In this document: positions 35,174 to 38,445 of the stretch, piece by piece
How positions within the stretch are numbered: position 1 is the first letter of the stretch
Layout of the letters: each line of letters opens with the position of its first letter
Origin: a virus
Taxonomy: Duplodnaviria; Caudoviricetes
IMG/VR virus record: IMGVR_UViG_3300012667_000477
Location: 1-38,445 of that record
DNA length: 38,445 bases
Direction: 5' to 3' (one strand)
Position numbers and translations under genes: made by a program
The notes under the pieces: model-generated
Told to the model about the DNA's origin: nothing
Seen by the model: only the letters and a program-made list of their open reading frames with translations
The model's database searches: none

Positions 35174-35700
35174 GAGCGCTCGCAGCTGCGGCACTCTTGC
35201 TCGCCACGCCAGTGAAAGCAGAGACAGCCGCAGAATATTTCAGGAAGGATCGGGGACTTGAGCATGTATCTGAACGAGCGCCCAAGGCGTCGCATCAAAA
35301 TTCATCCAACAACAGGGCGAAAGAAGTCATTGCTCACGAGGTCACGAAGACGCTCGGCAGGCAGTGGGTTGCCATTGCGCTGGAACAGGCTCGGCGTGAG
35401 TCGAATTTTAAGGCGTCTGCGGTCGGAATTAAGCTCGGAAAAAGACATGGAAATCAAAGAGCCGTCGGCGTTTTTCAGGTTCTTCCATCCACTGCTCGTG
35501 GTCTGGGCTTTAATCCTGCTTATCTTAACAATCTTGAATATGGGACAAAAGTAGGGGTCGCCTACATGGGCAAGTGTATTGATGCTGGCGTTAGAACATC
35601 AAGCCAGATGAATCATTGCTTCTTATACGGCTTCTACAAGTGGAGGGCTGCAAATGCAAAGTCGGGAAGAACTAACAAACGAAATACGCGATCTTCTTAA
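35170..35700 (+). CDS. Lytic transglycosylase (SLT domain) with signal peptide
   Basis: RRESNFKASAV, AVGVFQVLPSTA, GVAYM; N-terminal MRALAAAALLLATPVKA. Confidence 0.8.
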   Translation: MRALAAAALLLATPVKAETAAEYFRKDRGLEHVSERAPKASHQNSSNNRAKEVIAHEVTKTLGRQWVAIALEQARRESNFKASAVGIKLGKRHGNQRAVGVFQVLPSTARGLGFNPAYLNNLEYGTKVGVAYMGKCIDAGVRTSSQMNHCFLYGFYKWRAANAKSGRTNKRNTRSS

Positions 35701-35983
35701 TGCAACAACACTTCCATCGGTCATGATTTCGAGAGCCCTGCTAAGCGACACGTACCAAACACTGATGGCGCTGCGGAAGTCTTTCTTGAAAATGGAAGAC
35801 CTGTTGGACATTGCCAGAGACGACAGATACAAAGACCGCCGCAGGCATTTGGAGCTTATGGGGAAGATGTCTTCTGTGCTGCGGCAGTATGCTTGTGATT
35901 GCTCTTCCTGCTGCGTGGATATGCCAGAAGACGCATCTTATTGTGGTTGGGCTGCAAGGGAAGCAATGGAGGGGAAGGTATGA
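35654..35983 (+). CDS. Hypothetical protein with Cys-rich C-terminus
   Basis: GGAGG RBS; LRQYACDC...C...CGWAAREAMEG. Confidence 0.72.
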   Translation: MQSREELTNEIRDLLNATTLPSVMISRALLSDTYQTLMALRKSFLKMEDLLDIARDDRYKDRRRHLELMGKMSSVLRQYACDCSSCCVDMPEDASYCGWAAREAMEGKV

Positions 35984-36216
35984 CTGAGGAAAAGAACTGG
36001 CGGAAAATGTATGGGGAACCGAGAAAGCTGATGTTCCGCATTCATGAGCTGGAGACTGAGCTGCGGCGTGTTCGCGCATTGATGAAGGACGTTGCAGCTG
36101 AGGCCTTGGAAGTTCGGAATGTGCTTGAAGCAGGGATGACACAGAGGGCAGGGGTCTATGCAGGAGCATTGCACAAGAAGCTTGAAGTCGAGCGCATCAG
36201 TGGGCCTGTTGTCTAA
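35980..36216 (+). CDS. Hypothetical coiled-coil protein
   Basis: GGAGG RBS; ATGA overlap. Confidence 0.7.
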   Translation: MTEEKNWRKMYGEPRKLMFRIHELETELRRVRALMKDVAAEALEVRNVLEAGMTQRAGVYAGALHKKLEVERISGPVV

Positions 36217-36226
36217 CTCTAGGGCC

Positions 36227-36448
36227 ATGGACGAAACCGGCAAGCGCTACGGAAGGCTGACTGTTATTGGCAAGGTTCGCAAGAAGCGTGGACAGCCAAG
36301 GATTTTGGAAACTCGTAAGGCTGTTTGGTTCTGCCGATGCGACTGCGGGCTGAATACACGGGTTCTTGGCAACAGGCTCAGGTCTGGGTCAGTCAAGAGC
36401 TGCGTGTCCTGCAAAATAGACGAAGACAAAGCATGGGAGAGCAAATGA
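36227..36448 (+). CDS. Small Cys-rich protein resembling the N-terminal domain of phage HNH/AP2 proteins
   Basis: GKRYGRLTVI...WFCRCDCG...L.SG...SC..C. Confidence 0.7.
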   Translation: MDETGKRYGRLTVIGKVRKKRGQPRILETRKAVWFCRCDCGLNTRVLGNRLRSGSVKSCVSCKIDEDKAWESK

Positions 36449-36654
36449 CGGATGATCTTGTGAATCGACTCCACAAGCTTGACACCAGCTACGACCACGT
36501 AACTTTGGTGGAATACTGCCGAAAGTCAGCCGATCGCATCGAGGAGCTAGAGAATGCGCTGGAGAAAATCGCGAAGCATGATCTGCAAGCGATTGCGATG
36601 GACGCGCTACGGCCACACGATAGGATACCCGCGCTGGAAGGGAAAGTTAAATGA
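36445..36654 (+). CDS. Small paralogous-family protein (MTDDLVNRLH...SADRIEELE)
   Basis: GGGAG RBS; ATGA overlaps; family motifs. Confidence 0.8.
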   Translation: MTDDLVNRLHKLDTSYDHVTLVEYCRKSADRIEELENALEKIAKHDLQAIAMDALRPHDRIPALEGKVK

Positions 36655-37049
36655 CCGATGATCTTGTGAAAGAACTGCGCTCAACACATCCAAACTTCGA
36701 CGAGAAACCTATGTGTGAAGCCGCAGCTGACCGTATCGAGCTGTTGGTGGAGGCTCTAGAAATAATCCAACATATCCACGATCAAAACCCTAGCGATGCA
36801 ATGTCTGACATGGCTGATGTCGATTATGCCCGGCATATGCTTTGGCAGGCTCGATCAATCGCCCGCGCTGCACTGAATGGGGGGCAAATGACCGATAAAC
36901 TGCGCCTAGTGTGCGGGATTTGCGATCACGTCTGGACCGTCTGCGACCTGCCGATTGAAGTAAACAAGCTGGCCGAGAAAACAAAACATGTTTGCTGCCC
37001 GTCGTGCGGAAACAAGCATCCATTGATTTATACAGGAGAAAGGAAATGA
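36651..37049 (+). CDS. Paralogous-family protein (MTDDLVKELR...AAADRIELL) fused in frame to a zinc-ribbon ORF
   Basis: Family motifs; internal RBS and ATG at 36888; CGIC...CPSC. Confidence 0.75.
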   Translation: MTDDLVKELRSTHPNFDEKPMCEAAADRIELLVEALEIIQHIHDQNPSDAMSDMADVDYARHMLWQARSIARAALNGGQMTDKLRLVCGICDHVWTVCDLPIEVNKLAEKTKHVCCPSCGNKHPLIYTGERK

Positions 37050-37720
37050 AAGTTGAGCTTATCGACCACATGGGAAGCGATCTGTCCGTCTGTAATGCAG
37101 CAAGAGTCTCCTTTGCAAAGGAAAGTAGTTGGGTGCGTTGTGAGGAGTCAGCTGGTCTTGACAAGGCCTTGGCTGGAAAAGACACCAAGCTAATAGCCTA
37201 TCTCTCCAAACACAACCACTGGACACCCTTCGGACATTGCTTTGCGTCTTTCCGCATCAAGGCCCCGATATTCGTCGCACGTCAGCTTGGTAAGCATCAG
37301 GTAGGCCTAGTGTGGAACGAGGTGAGCCGCAGGTACGTCCATGATGAGCCAGAGTTTTATAGACCTCTTGTTTGGCGCAAACGTGCTGACAACGTGAAGC
37401 AGGGAAGTAGTGAGGAAGCTGTTCAGTACCCAGCTCGCCCTCAGTACGATTACGAGAAAGCCATCAATGCCGCTCACACAGCTTATGAACAGATGCTTCT
37501 TGAGGGCGTCTGTCCTGAGCAAGCCCGTATGATCCTCCCGCAATCCATGTACACAGAGTGGATTTGGTCAGGCTCTCTGGCGGCATTCGCCCGTGTTTGC
37601 AAGCTCCGTCTTGATCCTCATACGCAGTTTGAGACACGGCAGGTTGCTGAGATGATAGATCAGGAAATGGCGAAGCTGTTTCCAGTGTCGTGGAAGGCTT
37701 TAACAGGAGAAAACAAATGA
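37046..37720 (+). CDS. thyX: FAD-dependent thymidylate synthase
   Basis: MGSDLSVCNAARVSF, HWTPF, APIFVARQL.KHQ, WNEVSRRY, EQARMILP. Confidence 0.93.
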   Translation: MKVELIDHMGSDLSVCNAARVSFAKESSWVRCEESAGLDKALAGKDTKLIAYLSKHNHWTPFGHCFASFRIKAPIFVARQLGKHQVGLVWNEVSRRYVHDEPEFYRPLVWRKRADNVKQGSSEEAVQYPARPQYDYEKAINAAHTAYEQMLLEGVCPEQARMILPQSMYTEWIWSGSLAAFARVCKLRLDPHTQFETRQVAEMIDQEMAKLFPVSWKALTGENK

Positions 37721-37956
37721 CCAATGATCTTGTGAAGCGGCTGCGGCGCGATTTAGCTTCGGGATTGAGCGCCAGCATTGGCGACACGGAAGAAGCCGCA
37801 GACCGCATAGAAGAACTTGAGCGCATCGAAGCGCAAATGCCAGCTATATTAGAGTACCTTGAGCATCAAGCTGACGTTGTTGACGGTGACGGCGTGCCGC
37901 ATCCAAACAAAGCAATGGCGCTGCCGCTTTGGCTTAAACATGCAATGTGGAAGTAG
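37717..37956 (+). CDS. Small paralogous-family protein (MTNDLVKRLR...EAADRIEELE)
   Basis: AGGAG RBS; ATGA overlap with thyX; family motifs. Confidence 0.8.
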   Translation: MTNDLVKRLRRDLASGLSASIGDTEEAADRIEELERIEAQMPAILEYLEHQADVVDGDGVPHPNKAMALPLWLKHAMWK

Positions 37957-37966
37957 GAGAAGTAAA

Positions 37967-38263
37967 ATGAACACTGTAATCATCAACGGAACTGAGTACG
38001 CACCTGCTAAGAAAGCATCCGGCACTCGCGCAGTTGTTGTTGTTGACCGTGGCTGGATATTTGCTGGTGATGTCACCCGAGAGAATGGACGCATTAGGCT
38101 AACAAATGCACTTCATGTGTTCAAATGGGAAAGCGTTGGTTTTGCTGGCATGATCGCTGACACGGAAAAGGCAAAGGCTGACCTGCGTCCAATTGCAGAC
38201 GTAGATATTCCAGCAGGCGCAGAAGTGTTTTGCGTTCCTGTGCCGGATGGGTGGGGGCAATGA
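37967..38263 (+). CDS. Conserved phage protein (DUF6948-like)
   Basis: AGGAG RBS; VVVVDRGWIFAG...LTNA..V.KW...G pattern; directly upstream of a Gly-Tyr repeat gene. Confidence 0.65.
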   Translation: MNTVIINGTEYAPAKKASGTRAVVVVDRGWIFAGDVTRENGRIRLTNALHVFKWESVGFAGMIADTEKAKADLRPIADVDIPAGAEVFCVPVPDGWGQ

Positions 38264-38445
38264 TGGCCGTCCCCTTCATGCCTTTCGTCAGCGGCTACGG
38301 CAGCGGCTACGGCGACGGCTACGGCGACGGCAGCGGCTACGGCTACGGCTACGGCTACGGCAGCGGCTACTGCAACTTCTACGGCGACGGCTACGGCAGC
38401 GGCTATGGCTACGGCAGCGGCTACGGCAGCGGCGACGGCAGCGGC
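38260..38445 (+). CDS. 5' part of the Gly-X (Tyr/Ser/Asp) repeat protein; continues to nt 151 across the junction
   Basis: ATGA overlap; MMAVPFMPFVSGYGSGYGDGYGDGSGYGYGYGYGSGYC...; GGC-TAC/AGC/GAC hexamer repeats. Confidence 0.75.
   Translation, partial: MMAVPFMPFVSGYGSGYGDGYGDGSGYGYGYGYGSGYCNFYGDGYGSGYGYGSGYGSGDGSG
38364..38445. repeat. Terminal direct repeat identical to 1-82
   Basis: Direct sequence comparison. Confidence 0.93.

Overview
This window looks like a complete, circularly closed genome of a small tailed dsDNA phage. It is about 38.36 kb unique, because nt 1-82 repeat exactly at 38364-38445. It is probably podovirus-like: there is no tape measure or tail tube gene, and it has an adaptor, a nozzle-like protein and several internal/ejection proteins. 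The host is very likely an alphaproteobacterium, given GcrA-like, GapR/DUF2312-like and GTA-type head-spike genes. Modules in order: (i) an array of short paralogous 'MTxDLVKRLR...AADRIEELE' genes spanning the contig junction (~35.6 kb to 1.5 kb), interleaved with thyX, a dCTP deaminase and a Gly/Tyr-repeat gene; (ii) recombination/replication genes (RecE-like exonuclease, RuvC-like resolvase, SSB-like protein, primase-helicase); (iii) two small minus-strand operons with sigma70-like promoters, one encoding a truncated beta-clamp-like protein; (iv) two copies of a non-coding iteron-plus-37-bp-palindrome element; (v) terminase, then head-spike/fibre, glycosyltransferase and methyltransferase genes, then portal, scaffold and capsid; (vi) tail fibre, lysis cassette, nozzle and ejection proteins, with a PAPS-reductase-like gene inserted. 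I recognised no integrase, DNA polymerase, reverse transcriptase, tRNA or CRISPR array. All protein family calls come from motifs recognised by eye, not from database searches.
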